Source of the DNA: Trueperaceae bacterium
Lineage (GTDB): Bacteria; Deinococcota; Deinococci; Deinococcales; Trueperaceae
Length of the DNA: 64,000 nt
NCBI GenBank assembly: GCA_034521815.1
Contig: JAXHLW010000013.1
Coordinates: 512,001-576,000, forward strand
Direction: 5' to 3'
The notes beneath the pieces are model-generated. The model had not been told where the DNA came from, ran no database searches, and worked only from the letters and a program-made list of their open reading frames with translations. Position numbers and translations under genes: made by a program. Shown here in pieces: positions 23,628 to 35,070 of the stretch; positions within the stretch are counted from its first letter, which is position 1, and the number at the start of each line of letters is the position of its first letter.

Positions 23628-25307
23628 GTGACACCCCCCGTCCCCATGGAGGAGAGCGTCCGCGCGGCGCTGCGACGCCTCGCTCCCGAGGCGCGGCGCG
23701 TCCTGCTGGCCGTCTCGGGCGGCAGCGACTCGGTCGCCCTGCTACGCGCCCTTCACGGCGCACCGAGGCTCGAGGTGGTGGTCGCGCACCTCGACCACGG
23801 GCTCCGCGACGACGCCGAGGAGGACGCCGCCTGGGTCCAGGCCACCTGCGCCGGTCTGAACGTGCCGTTCGTGCTGGAATCGGCGCCGATCGGGGAGGTC
23901 GCCAGCCGCGAGGGTCGCAACGTCGAAGAGGTCGGGCGCACCGTCCGCTACGCGTTCCTGGCGCGCATCGCCCGCCAGCGCGGCTGCGACGTCGTCGCGA
24001 CCGGGCACACCCGCAGCGACCAGGCCGAGTCGGTGCTGCTGCAGCTCCTTCGCGGCGCCGCGCACCCGCGCGGCATCGAGCCGCGTCGGGGCCGGGTCGT
24101 GCGCCCGCTGCTGGAGCTGTCCAAGGACGACCTGCGCGGCTGGCTGGACGGGCTGGGCCAGGGCTGGCGCGAGGACGCCTCGAACCGCGACATGAGCAGG
24201 GACCGCGCCTGGATCCGTCTTCAGGTGATGCCGCGGCTCGAGCGGCGCAGGCCCGGCGCGGTGGCCCGCCTGGCGCGGTTCGGCCATCTGCAGCGCGAGC
24301 AGGCCGACCTGCTCGCGGACGAGGCTCGCCGCCGCTTCGGCGACGGTCCCCTGGCTCGGGACGCCCTGCTGGCCGCGCCCCCCGCGCTGCAGCGCGAGGC
24401 GCTGGCCCGGCTGATCCGGGCCGCCGGCGGGGAGGCCGAGAGTCTCCACCTCGACGCCATCCTCGCCGCGCTTCGCGGCGAGGGTGCGATCCGGCGCGAC
24501 CTGCCCGGTGGCGTGCGGGTCCGCGTCCTGCCCGACGTGGTGGACGTCGTTCGGCCTCACGACGGTCGCCCTGGGCCCGACCGGCCCGCGGTGTCCGAGC
24601 GGACGATCCGGACGCCCGAGGAGCTGCCCGCAGGACTGCCCGCCAGCCTGCTGGACGACGGGCCCTGGACGCTCCGGACGCCGCGTCCGGGCGATCGGAT
24701 CCGCCTGCCGGGCGGCCGCAGGAAGGTCTCGGACGTGCTGACCGACGCGAAGGTCCCACGCGAGGACCGGCCGGCGATCGGCGTGCTGGCCCGCGGCGAC
24801 GAGGTGGCGTGGATCGAGGGCACGGCCGTCGCCGCCGGCCTCGACGAGGCGGCAGCCGATCCCGACCGGCCGTGGATGCGCCGCGCCTTGGAGCTCGCCG
24901 ACGAGGCGGCCGAAGCGGGCGAGCTGCCCGTCGGCGCGGTCGTGGTGCGCGACGGACGGATCGTCGGCGAGGGCAGGAACGTGCGCGAGTCCGCCGCCGA
25001 CCCGAGCGCGCACGCCGAGATCGAGGCGATGCGCGACGCGGCGACGCGCGAGGGCGACTGGCGTCTGGCGGACGCCACCCTGTACGTCACCCTGGAGCCG
25101 TGCCCGATGTGCGCCGGCGCCGTGCTGCAGAGCCATCTGGGCCGTGTGGTGTGGGGCGCCGCGAACCGCCGCGACGGCGCGTTCGGAAGCGTGGTGGATC
25201 TCGCCGCCGGACCGTGGAAGCGGGTGCCGGAGCGTCGCGGCGGCGTGCTGGCCCGCGACGCGGCCCGGCGGCTCGAACGGTTCTTCGCCGCCAGGCGCGA
25301 CGCCTGA
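23628..25307 (+). CDS. tilS: tRNA(Ile)-lysidine synthetase fused to C-terminal tRNA adenosine deaminase (TadA) domain
   Basis: [10 protein letters not shown]-loop, [17 protein letters not shown]-terminal [19 protein letters not shown]; start chosen from GATACT-N6-GTG. Confidence 0.92.
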   Translation: MTPPVPMEESVRAALRRLAPEARRVLLAVSGGSDSVALLRALHGAPRLEVVVAHLDHGLRDDAEEDAAWVQATCAGLNVPFVLESAPIGEVASREGRNVEEVGRTVRYAFLARIARQRGCDVVATGHTRSDQAESVLLQLLRGAAHPRGIEPRRGRVVRPLLELSKDDLRGWLDGLGQGWREDASNRDMSRDRAWIRLQVMPRLERRRPGAVARLARFGHLQREQADLLADEARRRFGDGPLARDALLAAPPALQREALARLIRAAGGEAESLHLDAILAALRGEGAIRRDLPGGVRVRVLPDVVDVVRPHDGRPGPDRPAVSERTIRTPEELPAGLPASLLDDGPWTLRTPRPGDRIRLPGGRRKVSDVLTDAKVPREDRPAIGVLARGDEVAWIEGTAVAAGLDEAAADPDRPWMRRALELADEAAEAGELPVGAVVVRDGRIVGEGRNVRESAADPSAHAEIEAMRDAATREGDWRLADATLYVTLEPCPMCAGAVLQSHLGRVVWGAANRRDGAFGSVVDLAAGPWKRVPERRGGVLARDAARRLERFFAARRDA

Positions 25308-25419
25308 GGCGGCGGCCGGACGGGGACGGGACGTCCGCGCGGATGCGCGCCACGAGACGCGTCCGGAACGGCGTTCATGGCGTCCGGCGCGCAGCCACGC
25401 CGCATGTATGATGACCGGG

Positions 25420-27207
<1,788 letters not shown>

Positions 27208-27218
27208 GCGGCCGGGCG

Positions 27219-28280
27219 ATGGCGCTGGGTCGACGCCGGTTCAGGCCGTCCTTGCGGGCCCAGCTGGGCCTGGTGATCGCCCTGCTCTCGCTGCTTCCCA
27301 ACCTGGTGATGGCCGGCCTGGTGTTCCTGCCCGCCGTGCGCGAGCTGGGCGGCCTGGCGCCACGCGTCACGGCGGGCCTGATCGGCTGGCTGGTGGCGAT
27401 CGTGATGCTGTCGGTCACGATCGGCGGGGTGCTGGCGCGGGTGCTGCTGGCCCCGTTGACCCGCGTGATGCGGGACGCGGACGCGCTGCCGCGCACCTCG
27501 CGCCGGCTGGGTCTGGCGCGCCTGCCCGTCGCCGACGACGATCCGCCCGAGATCACCTCGCTTCGCAACGCGATCAACCGCCTGCTGGCGCAGGTCCAGA
27601 CCCAACAGCGACGTCGCAGCACCTTCAGCGCGACGCTGATGCACGACATGAAGACGCCGCTGCTGGCGCAGGGCAACGCCCTTCGGCTGTTGAGAGACGA
27701 GCGTAGCGGACTGAGCGAGATCGACGTCCAGGCGCTGCTCACGCAGGCGGCCGACGAGACCGACGCGCTGCGCGCGCTGGTGCAGCAGCTCGTCGACGCG
27801 CACCGCTTCGAGCAGGGCGAGGTCGTGCCCAAGTCGACCGAGGTCGGCGTGCGCGACCTGGTCGAGGGCGAGGTGGCGCGCCTGCACGAGGTCGCCCGCG
27901 AGCGTGGCGTGCGGGTCGAGGTGCACGGCGCCGCCGACGCCCGCGTCGATCCGGACCTGATGGCGCGTGCGGTGGGCAACCTGCTGGGCAACGCCGTGCG
28001 CTACGCCTCGTCGTCCGTCCAGGTCGAGATCCGCCCCGGCCTTCTCCGCATCGCCGACGACGGCCCGGGGCTGCCCGCGCCGCTCGAGGAGCTGGCCCGG
28101 CCGTTCAACGACCAGCCGGCCGTGATCGCGGGGCATCGCTACCGTGTGGGCAGCGGCGGTCTGGGCCTGTACGTCGCGCGCAGCATCCTCGAGGCGCACG
28201 GGGGGCGCCTGGTGGCCGAGTCGTACGGGCCCGGCGGCACCGTGCTGCTGGCCTACCTGGGCCGAAAGGGGTTCGCATGA
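27219..28280 (+). CDS. Membrane sensor histidine kinase
   Basis: Two TM helices, H-box LMHDMKTPL, NLLGNAVRY, DDGPG, GGLGLY. Confidence 0.88.
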   Translation: MALGRRRFRPSLRAQLGLVIALLSLLPNLVMAGLVFLPAVRELGGLAPRVTAGLIGWLVAIVMLSVTIGGVLARVLLAPLTRVMRDADALPRTSRRLGLARLPVADDDPPEITSLRNAINRLLAQVQTQQRRRSTFSATLMHDMKTPLLAQGNALRLLRDERSGLSEIDVQALLTQAADETDALRALVQQLVDAHRFEQGEVVPKSTEVGVRDLVEGEVARLHEVARERGVRVEVHGAADARVDPDLMARAVGNLLGNAVRYASSSVQVEIRPGLLRIADDGPGLPAPLEELARPFNDQPAVIAGHRYRVGSGGLGLYVARSILEAHGGRLVAESYGPGGTVLLAYLGRKGFA

Positions 28281-28861
28281 TCCGCGTCCTGATCGCCGAC
28301 GATCATCCGCTGTTCCGGGTCGGGCTGGCGCACGCGCTCAGGGCCCGCGGATTCGAGATCGTGGCCGAGGCCGAGAACGGTCGGCACGCCGTCGAGCTCG
28401 CTCGCACGCACCGGCCCGACCTGGTGGTGCTGGACGTGAGGATGCCCGAGATGGACGGGATCGAGGCGTGCGAGGCGCTCTGCGCCATGGACGACGCGCC
28501 CAGCGTGGTGATGCTGACGACGTTCGACGAGCCGGCCCTGGTGTCGGCCGCCGCCGCGGCCGGCGCCACCGCGTACCTCTCCAAGGAGACGGATCCGAGG
28601 CGTCTGGCCGAGAGCCTCGAGCGGATCGCGGTCGAGCCGGGCCGCGACTGGATGCCGCGGGTGGCGCTGCCCGAGCTGACGCGCCGCGAGCGCGAGGTGC
28701 TGGCGCTGCTGGCCGACGGGCTCACGAACCGCGAGATCGCCCAGCGCCTGGGCATCGGGCCCGAGACGGTGAAGGACCACGTCGCCTCGCTCTACCGGAA
28801 GCTGGACGTGCGCGACCGCGTCAGCGCGGTGCGGGAGGCCGATCGGTTCGGCTTCGTCTGA
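28277..28861 (+). CDS. NarL/LuxR-family response regulator
   Basis: VLIADDHP, LDVRMPEMDG, LTRREREVL...TVKDHVASLYRKL. Confidence 0.93.
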   Translation: MIRVLIADDHPLFRVGLAHALRARGFEIVAEAENGRHAVELARTHRPDLVVLDVRMPEMDGIEACEALCAMDDAPSVVMLTTFDEPALVSAAAAAGATAYLSKETDPRRLAESLERIAVEPGRDWMPRVALPELTRREREVLALLADGLTNREIAQRLGIGPETVKDHVASLYRKLDVRDRVSAVREADRFGFV

Positions 28862-28875
28862 GGCGGCGTGGCCCG

Positions 28876-28911
28876 CGCCGCCGTGCGCGCCACCGTGCGC
28901 GCCGCCGTGCG
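28876..28911. repeat. 12-bp tandem repeat x3 (CGCCRCCGTGCG)
   Basis: Direct inspection; intergenic after the response regulator stop. Confidence 0.8.
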
Positions 28912-29053
28912 CCGAGGCTCGGCGGTCGGACGTGCGCCGTAGCGGAGCGGTCCGCCGCACCTGCCCAGATCGACCGCAGCGGATGATCAGCGTGCAGCGG
29001 CGCGTGGCGCAGCGTCCGCCGCTCGCCGGGGCGTCGTCCTCTAGCGTACGGGC

Positions 29054-29503
29054 ATGCGAGCTCGCTCCGGTTTCACGCTTCTCGAGACGATCGTCGTGCT
29101 GGCGGTGCTGGCCGTCGTCCTCGGCCTCGCCTGGGCGGCGTGGACGCCGTCCGCCGCGAAACGGACCGCGCGGGGCTACCTCCAGACCGTTCAGGGCGCA
29201 CGGATCGCCGCCTTGGCGGGGACGCCGGCCTCGGTCCGCTGGGATCCCGACCGGCACGCGTTCCTGGTGCGTCACGGCGATCCCGGCTGCAGCGGCGATC
29301 CGCGCCAGGTCTTGGCGCCCGACCCTCCGGTGGCCGTGACCCGTCGGCTTCGCGACGGGGTCGCCTGGCTTCCCGACGGCACCGGTCGGGCGTGCAGCGG
29401 AGGCGGCGTGTTCGGCGGCCGCGTGCGGTTCGAGGATCGCCGCTCCGCCTGGGACGTCGTCGTCGCCAGTACCGGGCGGCTGCGGCTCGAGGCGGCTCCG
29501 TGA
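29054..29503 (+). CDS. Type IV minor pilin, FimT/GspH-like
   Basis: Class III signal SG|FTLLE plus hydrophobic helix; leaderless TAGCGT-N6-ATG. Confidence 0.8.
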   Translation: MRARSGFTLLETIVVLAVLAVVLGLAWAAWTPSAAKRTARGYLQTVQGARIAALAGTPASVRWDPDRHAFLVRHGDPGCSGDPRQVLAPDPPVAVTRRLRDGVAWLPDGTGRACSGGGVFGGRVRFEDRRSAWDVVVASTGRLRLEAAP

Positions 29504-29910
29504 CCGCGCGCACGGCGGGGCCGGTGGGATGGACCCTGGTCGAGGTGCTCGTCGCGCTGGTCGTGTTCGCCGTGCTGTCGACGGCGGCGTCGGGGCTGCT
29601 GATCGGCGCGGCGCGTCTGCAGGCCAGCGCCGCGACGAAGGCGGCACGCGTGGAGGCGCTCGATCCGTACCTGCTCGTCGCCGGCGCGCGGATCGGGGCG
29701 TTATCCGCCTGTCCCGCCCCGTCGGGTGCGGCGGAGATGGCGGAGACGGCCTCGACGACGCCCGTCGCCTGTCACGCCGGATCGCGCCGCTGCCGCCTGG
29801 ACGCCGGCCGGATCGTGTGCGACGGTGGACCGATCGTGCGATCGCGCCTTCGGACGTGGGCCGGTGGCCAGCTGGGACCCGAGGTCGAGGTCTGGAGCGT
29901 CGCGCCGTGA
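29500..29910 (+). CDS. Type IV minor pilin, PilV/GspI-like
   Basis: VG|WTLVEVLVALVVF; GTGA overlap; four Cys in the globular part. Confidence 0.72.
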   Translation: MTARTAGPVGWTLVEVLVALVVFAVLSTAASGLLIGAARLQASAATKAARVEALDPYLLVAGARIGALSACPAPSGAAEMAETASTTPVACHAGSRRCRLDAGRIVCDGGPIVRSRLRTWAGGQLGPEVEVWSVAP

Positions 29911-30563
29911 GACGGCGGCGCTCCCTGGAGGCGTTCACGCTGGTGGAGCTGCTCGTCGCCCTGACGTTGGCGGCGTTCCTGGCAGGCCTGCTGGGATCCA
30001 CGCTGGCGGGAGGGGCGTCCGTCGCCGGCCGGGTCGGTCGCGCCTCCGAGGCCGCCCAGTTGCGGATTCTCGCATCGAGCCTGCTGAGGTCCGAGATCGA
30101 GCTTGCCGGGCGGGGCTCCGCGACGAGCGGCCTGGCGCTCGAGCTCGATCCGGCGGGGGAGGGCGGCGACCGGATCGTCGTCCGTTACCTCGCTGACGCG
30201 TACCGGGCCGAGCCGCTCCTGGTCGAGGCCACCTTCTTCGCGGCCGTGGACGGCCGGGGCCGACCCAACCTGTATCGGCAGCCCGACGACGGCGTTCGGC
30301 AGCCGTGGCTGCTCGGGGCGACCGGCGTGCACGTGCTCGGCGGGCGTGGCCCGGACGGCGCGACGCTGGCGCGGTCCGAGCTTACGCCTGGAACGAGGAT
30401 CGCAGCGCTGGAGGTCGAGGTCCGCTTCGCGGCGGGACGGCCGGTTCGTGGCTGGGCGGCGACGGCGCGATCGGGAACGCTGAGCGACGCCCCCCTGCCT
30501 TCGCTGCCCGTGTCGCCGACCGCGTCGCCGACCGCCTCGCCGACCGAGACCGGACCGGGCTGA
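29907..30563 (+). CDS. Type IV minor pilin, PilW/GspJ-like
   Basis: RRRRSLEA|FTLVELLVAL; GTGA overlap. Confidence 0.75.
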   Translation: MRRRRSLEAFTLVELLVALTLAAFLAGLLGSTLAGGASVAGRVGRASEAAQLRILASSLLRSEIELAGRGSATSGLALELDPAGEGGDRIVVRYLADAYRAEPLLVEATFFAAVDGRGRPNLYRQPDDGVRQPWLLGATGVHVLGGRGPDGATLARSELTPGTRIAALEVEVRFAAGRPVRGWAATARSGTLSDAPLPSLPVSPTASPTASPTETGPG

Positions 30564-30931
30564 TGAAGAACGATCGTCGTGGCCTGATCCTGGTGGCGGT
30601 GCTCAGCGGCGGCGTCGCGCTGCTGCTGATCGCCACGTTCACCCTCACGGTCGCGCTTCTGCAGCTACAGGGGGCCGAGTACCAGCAGCGGATGCAGCGC
30701 GCCCGGGCCACCGCCGAGGCCGGCGTCGTCCTGCTGGACGCCGTGCTGCGCGAGCGCTGGAGCCGCGGCGAGGGGCTGCCGGACACGGCGCCGCCGCTGC
30801 CCGGTGGGCACGGCCTGGAGCTGCGCGTGATCGGCTACCGGCCGCTGGCGGTCGGCCTGGTCGAAGTCGAGGTGGAAGGCGGGGAGGCCGGCGCCATCGC
30901 CGTCGCAGGCGCCGAGCTGCGCTACCCGTGA
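30563..30931 (+). CDS. Type IV minor pilin, PilX/GspK-like (no Glu5)
   Basis: MKNDRRG|LILVAVL..., ARATAEAG motif; TGATG overlap. Confidence 0.7.
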   Translation: MKNDRRGLILVAVLSGGVALLLIATFTLTVALLQLQGAEYQQRMQRARATAEAGVVLLDAVLRERWSRGEGLPDTAPPLPGGHGLELRVIGYRPLAVGLVEVEVEGGEAGAIAVAGAELRYP

Positions 30932-30961
30932 CGCGGCACCGCGACGCGGTATCGTGCCGCC

Positions 30962-31486
30962 GTGAGCGTGCGATCCCGTCTCTGCGCGGCGCTGCTGGCC
31001 GCTGGTCGTCCGGTGAGCGCCCCCGACCTGGCGCGGGCGCTGAGCATCGCGCCCGACGCGGTCGAGGAGGCCACCAGGGAGCTCCAGCGCGTTCTCGACG
31101 AGGCCGATCTCGGCCTTCAGGTCGAGGCCGTCGCCGGCGGCTACCGTCTCGTCGTCCACCCCGCGGTGGTGCCCGACCTGCAGGCGTTCCTGGCCCCGGC
31201 GCCGCTCCCGCAGCTGTCCAACGCCGCGATCGAGACCCTCGCCCTCGTGGCGTACCACCAGCCGATCGCCCGCGGCGAGCTCGAGGCCGCCCGTGGCGCA
31301 TCGTGCACCTCGACGCTGGACACGTTGCAGGAGCGCGAGCTCGTCAAGGTCGTCGGCCGCAAGGAGGTCGTCGGCCGCCCCCTGCTGTACGGCACGACCG
31401 ACCGGTTCCTGATCGAGTTCGGACTGGCTTCGCTGCACGATCTGCCAGCGCTGGGCGACGCGCCGGAGGCGTTCCTGCGAGGCTGA
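30962..31486 (+). CDS. scpB: SMC-Scp complex subunit ScpB
   Basis: VAGGYRL, LSNAAIETLALVAYHQPI, GRPLLYGTTDRFL.FGL. Confidence 0.93.
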   Translation: MSVRSRLCAALLAAGRPVSAPDLARALSIAPDAVEEATRELQRVLDEADLGLQVEAVAGGYRLVVHPAVVPDLQAFLAPAPLPQLSNAAIETLALVAYHQPIARGELEAARGASCTSTLDTLQERELVKVVGRKEVVGRPLLYGTTDRFLIEFGLASLHDLPALGDAPEAFLRG

Positions 31487-31525
31487 CCCGTCCTGCTCGC
31501 GACATGCTCGCGTCCTGCTCGGTCC

Positions 31526-31954
31526 TCAGTCGCGGACCAGCGCCTCGATCGCGGCGCGGTACCCGACCGGCCCCAAGCCCGACACCGTCCCGGCGCAGAC
31601 GGGGGCCAACAGGCTGGCTCGCCTGAACGACTCGCGAGCGTGCACGTTCGACAGGTGCACCTCGATCACCCGGGTCGGCACCGACGCCACCGCGTCCCGG
31701 AGCGCGACGGAGGTGTGCGTGTAGCCGCCGGCGTTCAGCACCACGCCGACCGCGCCCTCCTGCTCGGCGTCCTGGACCCAGCCGATCAGGTCGCCCTCGT
31801 GGTTCGACTGGCGGCATTCGACGACGGCGCCGAGGGCGCTGCCCCAGTCGCGACAGAGGCCGTCCAGCTCGGGAAGCGTGGTGGTTCCGTACACGTCCGG
31901 CTGGCGCGTGCCCAACAGGTTCAGGTTCGGGCCGTTCAGGACAAGGATCTTCAC
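31526..31954 (-). CDS. aroQ: Type II 3-dehydroquinate dehydratase
   Basis: LNGPNLNLLGTR, QSNHEG, HTSVALRDA, EVHLSNVHARE. Confidence 0.97.
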   Translation of the reverse strand: MKILVLNGPNLNLLGTRQPDVYGTTTLPELDGLCRDWGSALGAVVECRQSNHEGDLIGWVQDAEQEGAVGVVLNAGGYTHTSVALRDAVASVPTRVIEVHLSNVHARESFRRASLLAPVCAGTVSGLGPVGYRAAIEALVRD

Positions 31955-33120
31955 GAGTCGCTCCTCTCATCGGGCAGCACGGCGCCCAGGGTGGACGCTG
32001 GACGAAGCGCCGACACGTCGTGCATGAACGCCGTCCAGGCGGCGAGCTCCCGTTCGGGCGGAACGTCGCTCGCCATGCGGGCTTCGCCCGGCGCGTCCGC
32101 CAAGATCCAGCGGCGGCGCCCCGCGCGGTTCTTCTTGTCCAAGCCGAGGTACGGCTCCAGCTCGGACCACGCCAGCTCGGGGGGCGGGGCCGGCCGGACG
32201 GTCTCGATCAGCCGCCGGACCCGGTCGGTCCAGTCGGTCCCCGTCCTGCCGCGGGCGTCCGCGTCCAAGCGGGACAGATGCGCCGCGTAGAGCAGGCCCC
32301 AAGCCACCGCTTCGCCGTGCGCCAGGGCGTGCTCCGTGACCGCCTCGAGCGCGTGGGCCACGGTGTGTCCCAGGTTGAGGGTGGCCCTGGCCTCGCCCTC
32401 CTCGCGCTCGTCGCGACCGACGACGTCCGCCTTCACCCGCGCGGATGCGGCGATCCACCGCGTCATCTCGGCCGGTTCGGCGTCCTGGGCCAGGCGCCCG
32501 TCCAGCACGGCGTCGGCCAGCTCCGGGTCGGCCAACAGGCCGTGCTTGAACACCTCGACCGAGCCGTGACGGAACACCTCGGCAGGAAGCGTTCGCAGCG
32601 TCGACACGTCCATCAACACGGAGCGCGGCTGCCAGAAAGCGCCCACCAGGTTCTTGCCTTCGGGGAGGTTCACGCCCGTCTTGCCGCCGATCGCGGCGTC
32701 GGCCATCGCCAGCAAGCTGGTCGGCGCCTGCACCACCGCGATCCCTCGCGCGTACGACGCGGCCACGAACCCCGCCAGATCGCCGACGACGCCGCCCCCG
32801 AGCGCCAGCACGGCGTCGTCCCGCCCGAACCCGGCGCCGGCGAGGGCGCGGAGCAGATCGCCCCACACGGCGACCGACTTGCTGCGCTCGCCGGCGGGGA
32901 CGACGAGCCGCATCACGCTCCGACCGTCGTCCTCCAGCCTCTCGGCGACGGCGGCCGCGTACAGCGGCGCGACGTGCGCATCGCTCACCAGCGCGACACG
33001 GCCGCCGGGAAGGTGCTCGCCGGCTTCGGCCAGCACGCCGGGACCGATGCGGACCTCGTAGGGCGGAGCGACGCGGACCTCCACCGTGGTCGTCGCCGAT
33101 GTCGTCGCCGCTGTCGTCAC
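31951..33120 (-). CDS. aroB: 3-dehydroquinate synthase
   Basis: ALGGGVVGDLAGF, DAAIGGKTGVN, GKNLVGAF, LNLGHT. Confidence 0.97.
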   Translation of the reverse strand: MTTAATTSATTTVEVRVAPPYEVRIGPGVLAEAGEHLPGGRVALVSDAHVAPLYAAAVAERLEDDGRSVMRLVVPAGERSKSVAVWGDLLRALAGAGFGRDDAVLALGGGVVGDLAGFVAASYARGIAVVQAPTSLLAMADAAIGGKTGVNLPEGKNLVGAFWQPRSVLMDVSTLRTLPAEVFRHGSVEVFKHGLLADPELADAVLDGRLAQDAEPAEMTRWIAASARVKADVVGRDEREEGEARATLNLGHTVAHALEAVTEHALAHGEAVAWGLLYAAHLSRLDADARGRTGTDWTDRVRRLIETVRPAPPPELAWSELEPYLGLDKKNRAGRRRWILADAPGEARMASDVPPERELAAWTAFMHDVSALRPASTLGAVLPDERSDS

Positions 33121-33761
33121 GGGATCTCCTCGCGCCGGGACGTTTCGGGGGCGGGCGGGGTGGGTCCGTCCGATCCACGTAGGCGGGCCAGGCCAGGGTG
33201 AAGCTGCGCCCAGCGTCCGAGCTCCGCCACGATGTCCTCGACCACGTCGGTCGAGACCCGATCGTCGCCCGAGACCTTGATCGATGCGACGTCGTCGTAG
33301 GCGGAGGCCCGCTCGCTCAACAGCTGGCGGATCCGTTCGGTGGGGTCGCCGATCTCGAGCAGCGGGCGCTTGTGACGCCGCGTGCGCTTGTAGATCGTTT
33401 CCGGGGTCGCTTCGAGCACGACGACGGGGCCCCGGCTTCTAAGCAGACGCCGGTTCGCCTCGCGGAGGACCGTCCCCCCGCCCGTGCTCACGACGACCTC
33501 GTCCAGCCGCAGGCAGCGCCTGACGACCTCGGTCTCGTAGTCACGGAACACCGACTCGCCGTACAGCTCCATGATTTCGGGAATCCTCAGGCAGGTCACC
33601 CGCTCGATCACGCGGTCGGTGTCGATGAACGTGAGGCTCAGTCGCCGCGACAGCTCCCAGCCGATCCGGCTCTTGCCGGTGCCCATGAACCCCGCCAGGG
33701 CGACCCAGGTGACGGGCCGGTCGCCGGGAAGGTGTCGCCTGCGGACCCGACGGCGGTTCAT
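33117..33761 (-). CDS. aroK: Shikimate kinase
   Basis: GFMGTGKS P-loop, FIDTD, VSTGGG, RPLL. Confidence 0.94.
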   Translation of the reverse strand: MNRRRVRRRHLPGDRPVTWVALAGFMGTGKSRIGWELSRRLSLTFIDTDRVIERVTCLRIPEIMELYGESVFRDYETEVVRRCLRLDEVVVSTGGGTVLREANRRLLRSRGPVVVLEATPETIYKRTRRHKRPLLEIGDPTERIRQLLSERASAYDDVASIKVSGDDRVSTDVVEDIVAELGRWAQLHPGLARLRGSDGPTPPAPETSRREEIP

Positions 33762-33766
33762 CGCGC

Positions 33767-34921
33767 TCAGTAATCCGCCACGTACGCCCGGTGCGCGACG
33801 GTACGCTCGCGGATCTCGCGCACCGTGTCGGCGCCGAACTTCTCGAGCAGCGCGTCCGCCACGACCAACGAGGTCATCGCCAGCAGCACGATCGAGGCGG
33901 CCGGCACCGCGGTCGTGTCGCTCCGCTCGCGTGCGGCGTCGGCGGGCTGGCCGGTGGCGACGTCGATGGTCGGAAGCGGCTTCATCAGGGTCGCGATCGG
34001 CTTCATCGCGGCGCGCACGACGAGCTCCTCGCCCGTGGTGATCCCGCCCTCCAGGCCCCCTGCGCGGTTGGTCCGGCGGTAGATGCCGTCGTCGTTCGCG
34101 TACACCGCGTCGTGCACCGAGCTGCCGGCGACGGTGGCGGCGTGCCAGCCGTCGCCGATCTCGACGCCCTTCATCGCCTGGATGCTCATCGCCGCCTGCG
34201 CCAGGCGACCGTCGAGCTTCCGGTCCCACTGAACGTGGCTACCCAGGCCCACGGGAACGCCGCGGAAGCGGGCCTCGATGATGCCGCCCAACGTGTCGCC
34301 GTCGCGCTTGGCGGCGTCGATCCTGTCGATGATCCGCTCTTCGGCGTCGGAATCGAAGGTCCGCAGCGGGCTCTCGTCCAGCGCGTCCAGCGCGTCCCAG
34401 TCCATGCCGCCGTCGCATGGAATCCCGCCTAGCGACACCACGCGGGCCGAGCCTTGAACGCCGGCCACCTCGAGCAGACGCAGCGCGACGGAGCCGGCGG
34501 CGACGCGGGCGGCCGTTTCGCGCGCGCTGGCGCGCTCCAGCACGTCGCGCAGGTCCTTGTGTCCGTACTTGATCCCGCCGGCCAGGTCGGCGTGTCCCGG
34601 CCTTGCCTCGGTGAGGGCCCGCTTGCGAGGCTCGCCCCCAGGCTCGGGGCTCATGATCTCGGTCCAGTTGCGCCAGTCGCGATTCTCGATCTGAAGCGAG
34701 AGGGGGGCTCCGGTGGTGCGACCGGCGCGGACGCCCGCCAGGATTCGCGCGGTGTCCTGCTCGATCACCTGGCGGCGGCCACGGCCGTACCCGCCCTGCC
34801 GGCGACGGAGCCACGGATCGACGTCGCGCTCGGCGACGAGCTCCAGGCCGGCCGGGACACCGTCGAGCAGGACGGTGAGCGCAGGACCGTGCGATTCACC
34901 AGCGGAAAGGAAGCGCAGCAT
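33767..34921 (-). CDS. aroC: Chorismate synthase
   Basis: AGESHG, RPGHAD, ERASARETA, MKPIATL, RERSD; leaderless TGgTACGCT-N6-ATG. Confidence 0.98.
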   Translation of the reverse strand: MLRFLSAGESHGPALTVLLDGVPAGLELVAERDVDPWLRRRQGGYGRGRRQVIEQDTARILAGVRAGRTTGAPLSLQIENRDWRNWTEIMSPEPGGEPRKRALTEARPGHADLAGGIKYGHKDLRDVLERASARETAARVAAGSVALRLLEVAGVQGSARVVSLGGIPCDGGMDWDALDALDESPLRTFDSDAEERIIDRIDAAKRDGDTLGGIIEARFRGVPVGLGSHVQWDRKLDGRLAQAAMSIQAMKGVEIGDGWHAATVAGSSVHDAVYANDDGIYRRTNRAGGLEGGITTGEELVVRAAMKPIATLMKPLPTIDVATGQPADAARERSDTTAVPAASIVLLAMTSLVVADALLEKFGADTVREIRERTVAHRAYVADY

Positions 34922-35070
34922 GCCGGGAGCGTACCACGCTCCCCGCTTCGCGCCGGCCGTGCAGGTGGCGCGAACGCCGTCCAGGCCGAGACAGCGACGG
35001 CCGCCCGGCGGTGGCCGGGCGGACGCTGGATCGGGCGGATCTGTCGCGCGCTCTGCGCGCAGGCGGACGC

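Noticed and set aside
34990-35065. GC hairpins between pilQ and aroC as an ncRNA
   Set aside because: Short GC-rich palindromes without U tract or recognisable motif; expected by chance at this GC content.
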